A DNA stretch of 64,000 nt from Candidatus Omnitrophota bacterium. GTDB lineage: Bacteria > Omnitrophota > Gorgyraeia > Tantalellales > Tantalellaceae. The notes under the pieces were generated by a model. It was not told the origin of the DNA. It saw only the letters and a list, made by a program, of their open reading frames with translations, and did no database searches. Where the stretch lies: positions 61,963-125,962 of the forward strand of contig JAQUQS010000004.1 of the NCBI GenBank assembly GCA_028715965.1. The letters run 5' to 3'. How positions within the stretch are numbered: position 1 is the stretch's first letter; each line of letters opens with the position of its first letter. Position numbers and translations under genes: made by a program. Below are positions 19,001 through 30,732 of the stretch, piece by piece.

Positions 19001-21109
19001 ATTACCGGAGTTAATTCGGATATTTCACTGTACGCGGGGGGGAATATCAGCCATGCCTCCGGCACGGTATCTACGGAAACGAGCGGGGACATATATATGA
19101 ACGGCGGCGGGGATCTCGCTTTGCGCAATATCAACAGCGCTGGGAGTGTATACGTGGGTGATCCTGAAGCTCCTTTATCTATCACGCAAGGAACGGGAAC
19201 TGTGATCAACGCGGGTGGCGATATCAGCGTTGTGTCCGCGGGTGACGTAACGCTTGCGGAGTTGATCTCCGGGTCCGGGAGCGTTTCGGTGACCTCGTCC
19301 GGCGGGGGGATATACGATGGACTCGGCACGACCGACGCGAATATTACGGCCGGAAGCCTTACTCTTAGCGCGGCTACGGGAATAGGCATCCTGGGTGGAG
19401 AAGATGTCGATATCTCCGCGGATTCTCTCTTCGCTGAGGTCACGGGTCCGGGCGACATACATATAAATGAATTCGGGAGCATAACGATAAGCTCAACAAG
19501 CACTTATGACGGCTCGATCGATATCACATCTGAAGAGAAGATGACGGTATCGGATATTGCCGCGGGCGGTGCTGGCGATATTTCGCTTTGTACGGGGTCA
19601 GGAGACCTGGAGCTCGCGGGGAATATAACGGCGAACGCGGGGAATGTTTCTCTTGCCGCGGGCGGCGCGTTTACGCATATATCCGGAGTCATACATACTG
19701 ATACGACGGGAGATGTGAGCATTAGTTCGGTTGGCGCGTCATCACTTGGGGACATAACGAGCGCGGGGGCGCTGAACCTGGATACCGGAAGCGCAGCTAC
19801 TTATGGTTCGACCGGCACAATTGATACGGTGGGAGCCGTGGTGATAAGCAGCGGGGTCAATGTGGACGCCAATTCCTCGGTATGGACGGTAGGAGGGGAC
19901 TGGACGAATAACGGTACGTTCAATGGAGACACTTCGAGTGTAACGCTTGACGGCGCAAGTGACGCCGCGGTGACGGGCCCTAACACCTTCGGTGACCTTG
20001 CGATAGAGACGGAGGGTAAGACCGTAACGTTCGAAGCGGGCGAGACCCAGACGGTTACCGGCGAGTTCAGCGCGCAGGGTTCCTCGGGGGTCGGCAACCT
20101 GGTGACGCTCAGGAGTTCGTCCGCCGGCAGCGCGTGGGGGCTGGACATACAGGGCGCGGCAAGCGTCAATTTCGCGGACGTCAAGGATTCGGCGAATGTC
20201 GGGACCGAGATCACGGCCACGAATTCCAAGGACAGAGGAGGCAACACCGGCTGGAGTTTTGAGTCATCGCTTCTTACATGGCTGGGAGTTAGCTCGACCA
20301 GCTGGGATGACGCTTCCAACTGGGACCTGGGATACGTGCCGAACGTAAGTGACAGCGTGGAGATAGTATCCGCGGGTAATTACGCGGCTTTAGTTTCGGA
20401 TGTCGAGATAAACTCTCTTACGATAGACTCGGGCGGCCGGATGGACGCGGGTTCTTACAGGATAACGGTTTCCGGTGACTGGACGAACGCGGGTACGTTC
20501 AACGCGGGTACGGGCACGGTCGTTTTCGATCCGATGACGGGGACATCGCGGATAAGCGGGTCGACTATGTTCAATGACCTCACCTGCGTAACTCCTGGAT
20601 CCACGCTGGTATTCGGTTCGGGGACGACGCAGACGGTGAACGGCAGGCTTGACATATCAGGTTCGGTATCAAGCCGAATAAACCTGATGGGTTCGGTAGC
20701 GGGAAGTTATTGGCATATAAACCCTAAAGGGGCGATAAGCGTGACGAACGTTACAGTGAGGGATTCATACAATGACAAAGGCGTATTCGTGGATCCAGCG
20801 GGGTCGGTGGATAACGGTAAGAACCTTTTCTGGTTCACGCCTCCGGTTAACGATATACCGGACGAGACGGATAACGTGGGTCAGAACAAGAACAATATGA
20901 TCCTTGAAGGGAAAGGAAATGACTCTTTCGACCCCAGGGGTGTGGCGAATGGTCCTGCCGGGACAGGCATATTCATGGAGGACTATTTCGTCAACACGGG
21001 TTTTGGCATGGTATCCTCGGACGGGTCGCCATTTTTTATGTATCATGGTCTTTCTGACCCCGACATATATGGGCGCCGCGAACTCCCTGATCGGGACATG
21101 GTGGTTTAG
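13016..21109 (+). CDS. two-partner secretion exoprotein TpsA-2 (2697 aa): first 470 aa identical to TpsA-1 (TPS domain), then an unrelated beta-helix-like repetitive passenger with DYDxDGxGQF repeats and two copies of a conserved C-terminal module
   Basis: N-terminal 470 aa, and the antisense ORFs, are identical to TpsA-1. Divergence starts at ..SVSVGG(I/V)VS... Low-complexity G/T/S/D/N-rich repeats are typical of TpsA passengers. Confidence 0.85.
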   Translation: MKMTGLLKRTVSVLVVFSFLNAQVAYSLPQDVEVVEGAADVNIEGATMTINADAGTILNYSSFDLAEGESVIINLPGIDADILNRVIGAGASNIAGAISCNGLFILVNTSGIYLASTANIDVGSLVLSTRDITNSDFVNGKYFFQKISEEALDTLLKNAGTINVREGGFGVLIAGAIENSGMIVAPMGRIHLAAGDAVTLALSSDGLISVAIDEKVASTIHDMDGNPITDQITNTGSIIADGGVVAISAESLTDIFRNAINLDGIVQADTMSSTAGEISITSSSDITLGGGISAVGGMIGVISEEGSIRAEETSEMTAQDVYVEAQRDISLEGTIETMEGGLVDLHALNGSMYSHGSIIAPEGEINVCAAYDLDLGGFYKASRMVFDPEEVNITSDWTGSGDTTFWATGNINVQANMTLEEGSFYFYADSTDASGTYDDGSGTFTQSSSSTITADYDISIDGSGSVSVGGVVSNMGSIHIGQVTGNHDVSYIGMLGSLYASNEVTLYSDGDIHQGGDMTGEVIYLYPDHDSDGSGQFQTSLSYVINGMDLYLDQSTDIDISNFNANVEYFYIGNNGITPSSVTIGGENHVYGTLDITSNGDIVQNGTIYSEAGYGLYLQPDYDNDGNGQFIQNSGSICNFYEMSLYQGTNITLDYYMDTYNVYGINIYGEGEVNLNGGIYATSDLYVYANDGISLGGPLHFDYYLELNADYDNDGYGSLVANGNSISPVSYFDTANITTAGDLNVSDIESLFSGDVPATSLTLRSTAGNITLDQYYDPEFLYSLQLIAADDINLNEWIALSYGNVGLIADYDGDGDGNFNFSSAGISAGSVTFSKNSDFSITSDLISDIDASNITFTAGGDSDLSVDASLSCSGALNLQADGDISINYGVSTGTTFSVVADYDTDNSGNVIWYSGVSASMGTGGTLRYQQADSFAYSDVTSRVYGQTTGGVTLRSTNGSVTVDQAITLRTGIIDLRADEDLLINSNISTTSSSTMYLYADAENNGSGGFMQSGSASITSGGTAQIALRAAGTGSLLGDITAGRLYLYAQSGGATYALQDGCNVDLNYYTSSYGLYVASNAIFNGGNNTTISTGGDWWVDGTFNGQGSTAILDGTYSGTKDIRMDAGSFNNLTINASGTYSPYTSTTPTVVAGGDLSITAGILSMTTNDLVVGGDLLIDGGVLIANGAGVDIDVDGDVLIRAGDFFAPTGLDDVSFTVGGGFEVSGAGDYYNGNGRVVFDSSDIGNDIILTTSGSYFFNDVKFSGGGEWTLTGLMLASGDLYMYDGTLVAGGLIIAADTLAMDGGNITSDGNDVEIIASTFTQTAGAITTTSEGDVKISSTAMPGAFTVGEINSDGGVFIGETNAPVTVSQTSGTSITAVGDRGIEISASGDITLRQVNSGSYDTTITSTAGSILDGLTGESANITAAAATLTAATGIGVTGSEDLDLDVATLDASVTGTGDIYIWEDSAITLSDVDTSAGKIDISSGGTMTATDVVAGDTGEVWLTTTSGNIQAGVITASGSKVVLAAAGAITDTNGASVNITGSTVDLDAATGISVDTSVNNITADVSGVGNVDISETDDVNINGVSSYEGDIILTSGGVMTVADDISATGFGNISMTADGMNQTGGSIYAPAGEIWIDGAGDIVLGAIEAAGNLTIGSNVAPDSVTFNEDIHAYNSIDVISNGNIDQNADIYSDGSYDIYLRPDYDGDGAGQYSGNGHSLLVNALYIDQSTDMVLNGFTLQNGYVLAGTLSAPSSITVNGDINGYYAFYAESNGNIDVNANIYTQYDLYLDAAGDININSLLSSGDVISIGGSISPSSVTITSAGSIYSGNTVTISSGGDLVFDNLSGAIDSYFLTGNAGSDITVANTLNIGVGLSLDATGNIDAEGSIGGMSETLTLNAGGYIDIAGTATGITAVTIDASGDVTLGGIDCQGDLAIGGTTSPANVHLNGSSTVTGTNTAQISSAGNVAFNGDLVTICGITVSAVNNVTIANSITGVNSDISLYAGGNISHASGTVSTETSGDIYMNGGGDLALRNINSAGSVYVGDPEAPLSITQGTGTVINAGGDISVVSAGDVTLAELISGSGSVSVTSSGGGIYDGLGTTDANITAGSLTLSAATGIGILGGEDVDISADSLFAEVTGPGDIHINEFGSITISSTSTYDGSIDITSEEKMTVSDIAAGGAGDISLCTGSGDLELAGNITANAGNVSLAAGGAFTHISGVIHTDTTGDVSISSVGASSLGDITSAGALNLDTGSAATYGSTGTIDTVGAVVISSGVNVDANSSVWTVGGDWTNNGTFNGDTSSVTLDGASDAAVTGPNTFGDLAIETEGKTVTFEAGETQTVTGEFSAQGSSGVGNLVTLRSSSAGSAWGLDIQGAASVNFADVKDSANVGTEITATNSKDRGGNTGWSFESSLLTWLGVSSTSWDDASNWDLGYVPNVSDSVEIVSAGNYAALVSDVEINSLTIDSGGRMDAGSYRITVSGDWTNAGTFNAGTGTVVFDPMTGTSRISGSTMFNDLTCVTPGSTLVFGSGTTQTVNGRLDISGSVSSRINLMGSVAGSYWHINPKGAISVTNVTVRDSYNDKGVFVDPAGSVDNGKNLFWFTPPVNDIPDETDNVGQNKNNMILEGKGNDSFDPRGVANGPAGTGIFMEDYFVNTGFGMVSSDGSPFFMYHGLSDPDIYGRRELPDRDMVV

Positions 21110-22995
21110 GTCGTTGGTACGGTTAAGGGATCGGTCTCTTTGCGGCGGATCGTCAGGATATTGTTGTCCAGTAGTTCATTTGCCGAAGGGGTCCCGGAAA
21201 GCATGTCGGGAAGACCTTCACGAGGGGTCTCGGAGCGCATACTCTTTATCCTTTCCCATTCCTTGGGCAGGTTCTCCTCGAAAGTAAGGGCGAAATGGAA
21301 ACGCGGGTTCGGGGACTCAGTGGTGGCTTTGTCCGGTCCTATGGGGAACCCCCATTCCAGGCGTAAGAGCGCCTGATTGTACAGACGTATACGTAGTCCA
21401 GCTCCGATGCTGGAATAGTTGACATGTTGTCTCTCCTCATCTTTTCTGGCCGCGCGTTTTTCCCCGTAACCGTAATCCATGAAACACAGGAGGTTCACGT
21501 TGTTACGCAGGCTGTCCTGGGCGTATGGCAGTTTCCATGACTCCGGGATGAACGGGCAGGGGACGAGTAGGTCCAGATTCATTATAAAGCCGTTGTCGGC
21601 CATGTAGTCCTGGGCCGGATATCCGCGTATCGAATCGATACCACCCAGGGAAAGTTGTTCCTGCGACGCGAGTTTTTCTCCGGAGAACTGGGTCTTGATG
21701 TTCAGGGCCGCCTGTAATGAGGCCGGAAATAGTTGCCGGTGTTTTATGTCAAGGTTGAACTTGGTGAAAGTGTTCCCGGCGGTCCCGTTCCTGGAAGAAA
21801 GGGGATGTTTGCGTCTGGCCCCGAACGCGTTAAGCCCCTGGGATAGCTGGGGTGAGATATACGTTATCGCGCCGGGGTTGCGGCTTATGATGTTGCTTTT
21901 GAGCCGGGCGGTACGGAAACGATCGCGTATAAGCGTGCCTTCCTCGGTGGTGGTCACTTTGTCGTTGGAGTCCATGCCCAGCGAAATGTCCCCAAGATAT
22001 TCCGATCTCTTGTACAGGTCCTGGCTGACCGTGAAGCTGGCGCTCTGTGACCTTGACCGTATGCCATAGACAGAGAACTGTTTTCTTGGCGCGGAACGTG
22101 AGTCGGAATATCCGTAAATTATGTTCGTCCCGAAATTTGTTATGGGTACGGAGTGATACATATACATGCCGCTGAAATACTGGCCAAACGTGTATCCGGA
22201 AAGAAAGGTATCATCGACGAAGAGGGCATTATTATGTCTTACTCCGAAACCGTACCTGTCCCCGCCGGTGGAAGGAGCTCCTTCATTGTCGTATGAGAAA
22301 AACCCATGTATGGGGAAGTAAGATGTCGTGTCCAGCATCACGTCGGTAGTTCCTATTTCCTGCCCGGCGATAAGAGTGGCTTTTACGTCCCGGTCGGGAT
22401 TTTTGTTCATGAGTTGCAGGCTCCGGCTCATTTTATCATAACGCAGGACCTGTCCCGGTTTGATGTCCCAGTAGTATTTTACGCGATCGACCTGGTTGGG
22501 GTCTCGGCTTTGTATCTTAAGTTCTCCCATTTTAGCCTCGACCACCCGCAAAGTGACCACGCCGTTCTTGATGTCCTGCGGAGGGAGGAAACAGGCCGCT
22601 ATGACCCCTTTCTTCAGATACTCTTTTTCGATGTTCTTTGTTATCTCCGTGAGCTCCGCCAGGTCGGTATCCTTACCGATGGAATCAGCGAAGAGCGGAG
22701 TGAATTCGTCGGGGGGAAAAGTCTCGGTACCTTCGAGGACCACTTCTTTTAACAGGAAAGTAGGGCCTTGAGGTATGGCTTTTTCCTCTTCCTCGATCTT
22801 TTCGGGTGCCTGGGGAGGCGTTGTCGTGAGTTTTTCCTCGGCTTCCTCGCGGAATGGCCTGTCCACCTCGCGTGTGGCCATGTCTATCGTGCTTTCGCTG
22901 GGGAGAGGCTGGGAGAAACACGCCCGATACACGAGCGTGGACATTAACAATACGAAAACCACCTTTTTAATGAATGATGTGTACATATGATTCAA
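21106..22995 (-). CDS. TpsB outer-membrane transporter (ShlB/FhaC/HecB family, Omp85 superfamily)
   Basis: Signal peptide. POTRA_2-like region (FLLKEVVLEGTETFPPDEF..GKDTDLAELTEITKNIEKEYLKKGVIAACFLPPQDIKNGVVTLRVVEAKMGELKI). Hallmark loop-6 motif EQLSLGGIDSIRGYP. Beta-barrel-like C-terminal half ending ..RFHFALTF. Convergent with tpsA-2; the stop codons overlap by 4 nt. Confidence 0.85.
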   Translation of the reverse strand: MNHMYTSFIKKVVFVLLMSTLVYRACFSQPLPSESTIDMATREVDRPFREEAEEKLTTTPPQAPEKIEEEEKAIPQGPTFLLKEVVLEGTETFPPDEFTPLFADSIGKDTDLAELTEITKNIEKEYLKKGVIAACFLPPQDIKNGVVTLRVVEAKMGELKIQSRDPNQVDRVKYYWDIKPGQVLRYDKMSRSLQLMNKNPDRDVKATLIAGQEIGTTDVMLDTTSYFPIHGFFSYDNEGAPSTGGDRYGFGVRHNNALFVDDTFLSGYTFGQYFSGMYMYHSVPITNFGTNIIYGYSDSRSAPRKQFSVYGIRSRSQSASFTVSQDLYKRSEYLGDISLGMDSNDKVTTTEEGTLIRDRFRTARLKSNIISRNPGAITYISPQLSQGLNAFGARRKHPLSSRNGTAGNTFTKFNLDIKHRQLFPASLQAALNIKTQFSGEKLASQEQLSLGGIDSIRGYPAQDYMADNGFIMNLDLLVPCPFIPESWKLPYAQDSLRNNVNLLCFMDYGYGEKRAARKDEERQHVNYSSIGAGLRIRLYNQALLRLEWGFPIGPDKATTESPNPRFHFALTFEENLPKEWERIKSMRSETPREGLPDMLSGTPSANELLDNNILTIRRKETDPLTVPTT

Positions 22996-23092
22996 AAGGT
23001 AGTTTACACAATCAAAAGGGACCTGACAAGTTGAGCGACGTTATTAATAAGGTCTTGAGCCGAGGGATTAGACCGCGTTGTAAAAATAAAAG

Positions 23093-23120
23093 TTGAAATA
23101 CTTTGATTAACCGCTATAAT
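23093..23120 (+). promoter_or_regulatory. candidate sigma70-like promoter TTGAAA-N16-TATAAT upstream of carA
   Basis: Hexamers in the divergent intergenic region between tpsB and carA, about 95 nt upstream of the carA GTG start. Confidence 0.3.
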
Positions 23121-23213
23121 AAGACTTGTTCTTACTCTTAAAAGTCCGCACAACGATGTGCCGGAGACCGGACAACGCCGTCTGTATAACTCAATCAAAA
23201 AAAAGGTGTACTT

Positions 23214-24311
23214 GTGAAGTGTGTAATAGCATTTGAAGATGGAACTGTGTTCAGAGGCCGGGCTTTTGGAGCGGCCGGGAAGACCGTTTTTGGCGAGTTG
23301 GTCTTTAATACCAGTATTTCCGGATACCAGGAAATAATCACTGACCCGTCATATAAAGGTCAGATCGTTACGATGACGTATCCTCTTATCGGTAACTATG
23401 GCGTTAATCGTGAGGATGCGGAGTCGGATCGCCCGCAAGTCGAAGGCCTCATTATCAAAGAGCTGTGCGAAGTCCCCAGTAATTTCAGGTCGGAAGGATC
23501 ACTTGACGTTTATCTTAAAAGACACGGAGTCATAGGTGTTTCCGGTGTCGATACCAGGGCCATAACAAGGCATTTGCGTATCCGTGGGGCAATGAAAGGC
23601 GCTATATCGACGGAATTCCCAGATGATATTGAAGGCCTGGTCGAGCGTGTAAAAGACTCCCCTGGTTTGATCGGCCGGGACCTTGTAAAAGAAGTAACAT
23701 GCGACAGGTCCATTGTATGGTCTGGCAAGGGAGATATCAAGATAGCTGTTTTGGACTGCGGGGTCAAATACAATATATTAAGGCATTTCGAGGCTCGTGG
23801 TTGCGCGGTCACGCGTTTCCCGGCGGATACTTCGGCTGAGACCATATTGGCGTCAGATCCGGACGGTATTTTTCTCTCTAACGGGCCGGGGGACCCGGAA
23901 GGAGCCCCTTATGTCTTTGGGACGGTAAAGGAACTCCTGGGTAAAAAACCTATCTTCGGTATATGTCTGGGGCACCAGATGCTCGGGTTGGCTTTGGGAG
24001 GTAAGACGTATAAGCTCAAATTCGGTCATAGGGGGGGGAATCATCCGGTCAAGGACCTTAGGACCGGGAAAGTGGATATAACCGCGCAGAACCATGGTTT
24101 CTGCGTAGACTTTGATTCGGTTAAGGATAAAGGGGTGGAGATCACCCATATCAACCTGAACGACAATACCGTGGAAGGGATGGAGTCGAAGGAAATGGAC
24201 TTTTTCAGCATACAGTGCCATCCTGAAGCCGGTCCCGGCCCGAATGATTCCACATATCTATTTGACAGGTTCGTTGACCACATAAGGAAAGAGAAATCGA
24301 TCAATGCCTAA
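23214..24311 (+). CDS. carA: carbamoyl-phosphate synthase small subunit (glutamine amidotransferase)
   Basis: CarA N-terminal domain (..[38 protein letters not shown]..) and class-I GATase domain (GICLGHQ; catalytic-Cys context). GTG start. Overlaps carB by 8 nt. Confidence 0.9.
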   Translation: MKCVIAFEDGTVFRGRAFGAAGKTVFGELVFNTSISGYQEIITDPSYKGQIVTMTYPLIGNYGVNREDAESDRPQVEGLIIKELCEVPSNFRSEGSLDVYLKRHGVIGVSGVDTRAITRHLRIRGAMKGAISTEFPDDIEGLVERVKDSPGLIGRDLVKEVTCDRSIVWSGKGDIKIAVLDCGVKYNILRHFEARGCAVTRFPADTSAETILASDPDGIFLSNGPGDPEGAPYVFGTVKELLGKKPIFGICLGHQMLGLALGGKTYKLKFGHRGGNHPVKDLRTGKVDITAQNHGFCVDFDSVKDKGVEITHINLNDNTVEGMESKEMDFFSIQCHPEAGPGPNDSTYLFDRFVDHIRKEKSINA

Positions 24312-27300
24312 AAGGGAAGACATAAAAAGTATACTGATCATCGGGTCCGGACCGATCATAATCGGCCAGGCCTGTGAATTCGATTATTCCGGCGCGCAGG
24401 CCTGTAAAGCATTGAGGGAAGAGGGATATAAGGTAATACTCGTGAATTCCAATCCCGCTACTATCATGACGGACCCTGAAATGGCGGACAGGACATATGT
24501 CGAGCCGATCACCCCGGAGATGGTGGAGAAGATCATAGAAAAGGAGAGGCCGGACGCGCTCCTTCCTACGCTTGGCGGGCAGACGGGACTTAATACGGCT
24601 ATGAAGCTCTACGAGAGCGGGGTATTGGAGAAGTACGGCGTTAAAATGATCGGAGCCGATTCTAAGGCGATAAAGAAAGCCGAGGACCGGGAAGAATTCA
24701 AGGTGGCAATGCAGCGTATCGGGCTGGATCTTCCCAGGAGTGGGCTTGCCTATACCTTGGAAGAGGCCAAGCACATCGCGAAAGAGATAGGTTTCCCTGT
24801 TATCATAAGACCCAGTTTTACTCTGGGGGGGACCGGTGGCGGCATAGTCTCGGACTGGGATGAATTCGAGGATACAGCGGCGCGTGGGCTCAGGAACAGC
24901 ATGATAAGCGAGGTTCTGATAGAAGAATCCATAACCGGATGGAAGGAATATGAGCTTGAGGTAATGCGCGATAGGAAGGACAATGTCGTTATCGTATGCT
25001 CTATAGAGAACCTTGACCCCATGGGCGTACATACGGGGGACAGCATAACCGTGGCGCCGCAACAGACCCTGACAGATAAAGAATACCAGAAAATGAGGGA
25101 TGCATCTATCGCCATAATGCGTGAGATAGGCGTGGAAACAGGAGGGTCTAACGTGCAGTTCGCGGTGAACCCGGATACAGGGCGAATGGTGGTCATAGAA
25201 ATGAACCCAAGAGTCTCGCGCAGTTCCGCGCTGGCCAGTAAAGCCACAGGTTTTCCGATCGCTAAATTCGCCGCGAAACTGGCCGTAGGGTATACCCTCG
25301 ATGAGATATCGAACGATATTACGAAGGAAACCCCGGCTTCGTTCGAGCCGACCATAGATTATTGTGTCGTGAAAATACCACGTTTTACCTTCGAAAAATT
25401 CGCGGCGGCCGATCCTACGCTGGGCATACAGATGAAATCCGTAGGAGAGACAATGGCTATCGGGCGGACTTTCAAGGAAGCCCTTCAGAAAGGTCTCAGG
25501 GGTCTGGAAACCGGGAAATCCGGGCTTGAATACCACAAGAGATCGGATATGTTGACCGGGGAAGAACTCGACAAAAAACTTATCAAACCCAATGCGGAGA
25601 GGCTTTATTACATTAAAGAAGCCTTGCGTAGGGGTTATTCCGTGGAAAAGATATTCGGATTCACTTCTATAGATCGCTGGTTCCTGCGTAACATCGAACA
25701 GATATTCGTCATGGAGAATAACTTCAGGGCTGAGTTCGGCGGGAAGGGGACAAAAGTCCTTTCAGAGCATCCTGAGGGGGCGGATATCCTCAAAATGATG
25801 AAACAATGCGGTTTCAGTGATAAACAGTTGTCTGACATGCTGGGGTGCCGGGAGACAGAGTTCCGTGAACTCAGGAAGAAGGCGGGAGTTGTGGCCACGT
25901 ATAAGCTGGTCGATACCTGCGCGGCCGAGTTCGAGGCATATACCCCTTATTACTATTCCACATATGAGGACGAGTGTGAGGTAAAACGGTCCGACAGGAA
26001 AAAGATCATGATCCTTGGCGGAGGACCCAACAGGATCGGACAAGGCATAGAGTTCGATTACTGCTGTTGCCACGCGTCGTTCGCCCTGAAAGAAATGGGA
26101 TTCGAGACCATCATGGTCAATTCCAATCCCGAGACGGTCAGCACCGATTATGATACTTCCGACAAGTTGTATTTTGAGCCGTTGACATTCGAGGATGTAA
26201 TGAATATCGTCGATAAGGAAAGGCCGGATGGTGTTATAGTGCAATTCGGGGGGCAGACGCCGCTTAACCTGGCTGAACGGTTGGGTGATGCCGGCATGCC
26301 GATAATAGGCACTACGGTAGATTCCATAGCGCTTGCCGAGGACAGGGAACAGTTCAAAGCGCTTTTGGACAAGCTGGGGCTGAAACAGCCAGCTAATGAC
26401 ACGGCCACTTCATATGAGGAGGCGCTAGCCAAGGCGCAGACGATCGGTTATCCAGTAGTAGTGCGTCCTTCATATGTGCTGGGCGGCCGGGCCATGAGAA
26501 TAGTCTACGACAAGGACGCGTTAAAGGATTTTATGGAGGAAGCGGTCGACGTTTCCCCGGGACACCCCATACTTCTGGACAAGTTCCTTCAGAACGCCAT
26601 AGAGGTCGACGTTGACGCGGTTTCGGACGGTAAAGATACGATAGTAGCCGGGATAATGGAGCATATCGAGGAAGCCGGCATACATTCGGGTGATTCCGCG
26701 TGTGTGCTGCCGCCGCATACCATTACGGACAGTGTTCTTGACGATATAAAGGTCCAGACAAGGCAGCTTGCGCAAGCTCTTGAAATAAAAGGACTTATGA
26801 ATATACAGTACGCGGTGCAGGGGAACGATATCTTCATACTGGAAGTAAATCCGCGCGCGTCAAGGACCGTGCCGTTCGTTTCTAAGGCCACGGGAGTACC
26901 GCTGGCCAAGGTCGCATCCAAGATAATGGCGGGGGCCTTTCTCAAGGACCTGAACGTTCCTGACCCGATGCAAGGGTTGAATTACACCAGCGTCAAGGAA
27001 TCAGTTCTCCCTTTTACGCGTTTTTCCGGGGTAGATATACTTCTGGGGCCGGAGATGATGTCTACCGGAGAGGTGATGGGTATCTCCGAGACATTTGGCG
27101 CCGCTTTCGTCAAGGCGCAGGTCGGGGCGGGGCAGATACTCCCGACAAAGGGGAAGGTCTTCATCTCTGTCCAGGACGCGGACAAGCGCAATATCGTGTT
27201 CCCCGCGAAAAAACTTTTTGATATGGGTTTCCATATTGTGGCCACCGGTGGGACAGCTAAAATACTGAAGAACAACAACATCAAGGTGGAAGTGGTAAAA

Positions 27301-27558
27301 AAGATACATGAAGGAACGCCTAACGTGATGGACCTGATCCGTAACGGAGAGATAGCCCTTCTTATAAACACTTCTTACGGCAAGAACCCACATAAGGATG
27401 GCAGGGCAATAAGGAGCGCCGCGGTCATGCGGGGCATACCGTGTATAACGACACTTTCCGGCGCGCAAGCGTCAGTTAATGGCATTGAGTCCATGTTGAG
27501 GACAGAGATGACCGTGAAGCCTCTTCAGGACTATTATGGAGCGAATGTACATGGATAA
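24304..27558 (+). CDS. carB: carbamoyl-phosphate synthase large subunit
   Basis: 1084 aa with two ATP-grasp halves (..[24 protein letters not shown].. and ..[21 protein letters not shown]..), an oligomerisation domain and a C-terminal MGS-like domain. Confidence 0.9.
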   Translation: MPKREDIKSILIIGSGPIIIGQACEFDYSGAQACKALREEGYKVILVNSNPATIMTDPEMADRTYVEPITPEMVEKIIEKERPDALLPTLGGQTGLNTAMKLYESGVLEKYGVKMIGADSKAIKKAEDREEFKVAMQRIGLDLPRSGLAYTLEEAKHIAKEIGFPVIIRPSFTLGGTGGGIVSDWDEFEDTAARGLRNSMISEVLIEESITGWKEYELEVMRDRKDNVVIVCSIENLDPMGVHTGDSITVAPQQTLTDKEYQKMRDASIAIMREIGVETGGSNVQFAVNPDTGRMVVIEMNPRVSRSSALASKATGFPIAKFAAKLAVGYTLDEISNDITKETPASFEPTIDYCVVKIPRFTFEKFAAADPTLGIQMKSVGETMAIGRTFKEALQKGLRGLETGKSGLEYHKRSDMLTGEELDKKLIKPNAERLYYIKEALRRGYSVEKIFGFTSIDRWFLRNIEQIFVMENNFRAEFGGKGTKVLSEHPEGADILKMMKQCGFSDKQLSDMLGCRETEFRELRKKAGVVATYKLVDTCAAEFEAYTPYYYSTYEDECEVKRSDRKKIMILGGGPNRIGQGIEFDYCCCHASFALKEMGFETIMVNSNPETVSTDYDTSDKLYFEPLTFEDVMNIVDKERPDGVIVQFGGQTPLNLAERLGDAGMPIIGTTVDSIALAEDREQFKALLDKLGLKQPANDTATSYEEALAKAQTIGYPVVVRPSYVLGGRAMRIVYDKDALKDFMEEAVDVSPGHPILLDKFLQNAIEVDVDAVSDGKDTIVAGIMEHIEEAGIHSGDSACVLPPHTITDSVLDDIKVQTRQLAQALEIKGLMNIQYAVQGNDIFILEVNPRASRTVPFVSKATGVPLAKVASKIMAGAFLKDLNVPDPMQGLNYTSVKESVLPFTRFSGVDILLGPEMMSTGEVMGISETFGAAFVKAQVGAGQILPTKGKVFISVQDADKRNIVFPAKKLFDMGFHIVATGGTAKILKNNNIKVEVVKKIHEGTPNVMDLIRNGEIALLINTSYGKNPHKDGRAIRSAAVMRGIPCITTLSGAQASVNGIESMLRTEMTVKPLQDYYGANVHG

Positions 27559-28954
27559 GAAAGAATATTGCGGTATTTTCGGTATATACAAACACCCGCT
27601 GGCGGTGGATCTTACTTATCTCGGGCTATATTCTTTGCAGCACCGGGGAGAAGAGTCCTGCGGGATAGCGGTGTCAGACGGCAAGAACCTGAAACAGCTT
27701 GCCGGTATGGGGCTGGTCTCGGATGTCTTCAGCGAAAAATCGCTGCACGGGTTAAGGGGGACCAACGCCATAGGACATGTGCGATATTCGACCACGGGGT
27801 CAAGCATACTGCGTAACGCGCAGCCTTTCATGATCAATCATAACAGGCACAGTGTTTCTATAGCGCATAATGGGAACCTTACCAACGCGGTCAAGCTGAG
27901 GCGCGCGCTTGAAAAAGAAGGCGCTATTTTCCAGACCACGATGGACTCGGAGATAGTCCTTCATCTTCTTGTGAGGTCGAAAAAAGATACTTTTGAGGAA
28001 AGGCTCGCCGACGCGCTTAAGAAGTGTGACGGCGCGTTCTCCATGTTATTCCTCACGAAGGATAAAATGGTGGGGGTGCGCGACCCCCATGGGTTCCGGC
28101 CTTTATGTCTCGGCATAAAGAACGGCAGTTATGTAATGGCCAGTGAAACATGTTCTCTGGACCTTATAGACGCAAAATTCGTAAGGGAAGTGGAGCCGGG
28201 CGAGGTGATCTCGATATCGCATGACGGGATGAGCTCCATAAAGCCGTTCGATGCCATGAAACGATCTTCCTGTATATTCGAGTTCATATATTTCGCCAGG
28301 CCGGACAGCCATATTTTCGGTGATTGTGTGCATAATGTGCGAAAGAGGCTGGGACGCAAGCTGGCGGAAGAGCATCCTGTGGACGCGGATATCGTTATGG
28401 CCATACCGGATTCCGGGAATGAGGCAGCCCTGGGTTATTCGGAGAGAAGCGGGATACCCTTTGAGTTCGGGATAATAAGGAACCATTATATCGGACGCAC
28501 GTTCATTCAGCCTTCACAGGAAATGAGGAAGCACGGGGTAAAAATAAAATTGAACCCGATAAAGGACGCCTTGAAGGGCAAAAGAGTGATCGTTGTGGAG
28601 GATTCCATCGTCAGGGGTACTACCACGGGCGGAAGGATACGTGCCATCAGGGAGGCCGGCGTCAAAGAGATACATATGAGGATAAGCTGTCCGCCTATCA
28701 GGTTCCCATGTTTTTATGGCATAGATTTTCCCAGTTCCAGGGAGCTTATCGCGAACCAGCTTCCATCCATAGATGAGATAGGGCGCTCCATCGGAGTGGA
28801 CAGCCTGAAATATATAAGCCTTGATGGCATGCTCGAAGCGGTCGCGGGGGATAAGGACGGTTTCTGTACCGCTTGTTTTAGCGGTGATTATCCTACAAAG
28901 ATGGGCAAACGTCCGGCGAAATCGGCGTTCGAGAAAAAGGCCGCGGCGGCCTGA
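27536..28954 (+). CDS. purF: amidophosphoribosyltransferase (glutamine PRPP amidotransferase), with an N-terminal propeptide
   Basis: ..EYCGIFGIY.. (Ntn Cys), a class-II GATase domain and a PRTase domain (..[13 protein letters not shown]..). C-terminal Cys cluster ([16 protein letters not shown]) is typical of [4Fe-4S] PurF. Confidence 0.9.
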   Translation: MERMYMDKKEYCGIFGIYKHPLAVDLTYLGLYSLQHRGEESCGIAVSDGKNLKQLAGMGLVSDVFSEKSLHGLRGTNAIGHVRYSTTGSSILRNAQPFMINHNRHSVSIAHNGNLTNAVKLRRALEKEGAIFQTTMDSEIVLHLLVRSKKDTFEERLADALKKCDGAFSMLFLTKDKMVGVRDPHGFRPLCLGIKNGSYVMASETCSLDLIDAKFVREVEPGEVISISHDGMSSIKPFDAMKRSSCIFEFIYFARPDSHIFGDCVHNVRKRLGRKLAEEHPVDADIVMAIPDSGNEAALGYSERSGIPFEFGIIRNHYIGRTFIQPSQEMRKHGVKIKLNPIKDALKGKRVIVVEDSIVRGTTTGGRIRAIREAGVKEIHMRISCPPIRFPCFYGIDFPSSRELIANQLPSIDEIGRSIGVDSLKYISLDGMLEAVAGDKDGFCTACFSGDYPTKMGKRPAKSAFEKKAAAA

Positions 28955-28981
28955 ACGGTGCCGGGTATCATTTCAACATAA

Positions 28982-30610
<1,629 letters not shown>

Positions 30611-30684
30611 GTATACTTTCAGAAGTCATAGATCCGTCGGGATATCTATTCTTAATGGGTAAATGCGCGGAATTTTTTTCTTTT

Positions 30685-30713
30685 CTTGACAAGTAAAAAT
30701 ACTTGCTATATAC
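30685..30713 (+). promoter_or_regulatory. consensus sigma70 promoter TTGACA-N17-TATACT with an embedded perfect palindrome CAAGTAAAAATACTTG (30689-30704), candidate operator
   Basis: Hexamers and spacing read directly. The 16-bp palindrome spans the -35/spacer region. Lies upstream of the AbrB-like gene. Confidence 0.45.
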
Positions 30714-30732
30714 TTGTAGCGAGGTGGTGGAT

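Noticed and set aside
22306-22990. Plus-strand ORFs (148, 91 and 71 aa) antisense to tpsB, and similar short ORFs antisense to carB, purL and the giant gene.
   Set aside because: All are embedded in strongly supported genes on the opposite strand, with no domain content or translation signals. They are typical spurious frames in GC-rich, biased-codon DNA.
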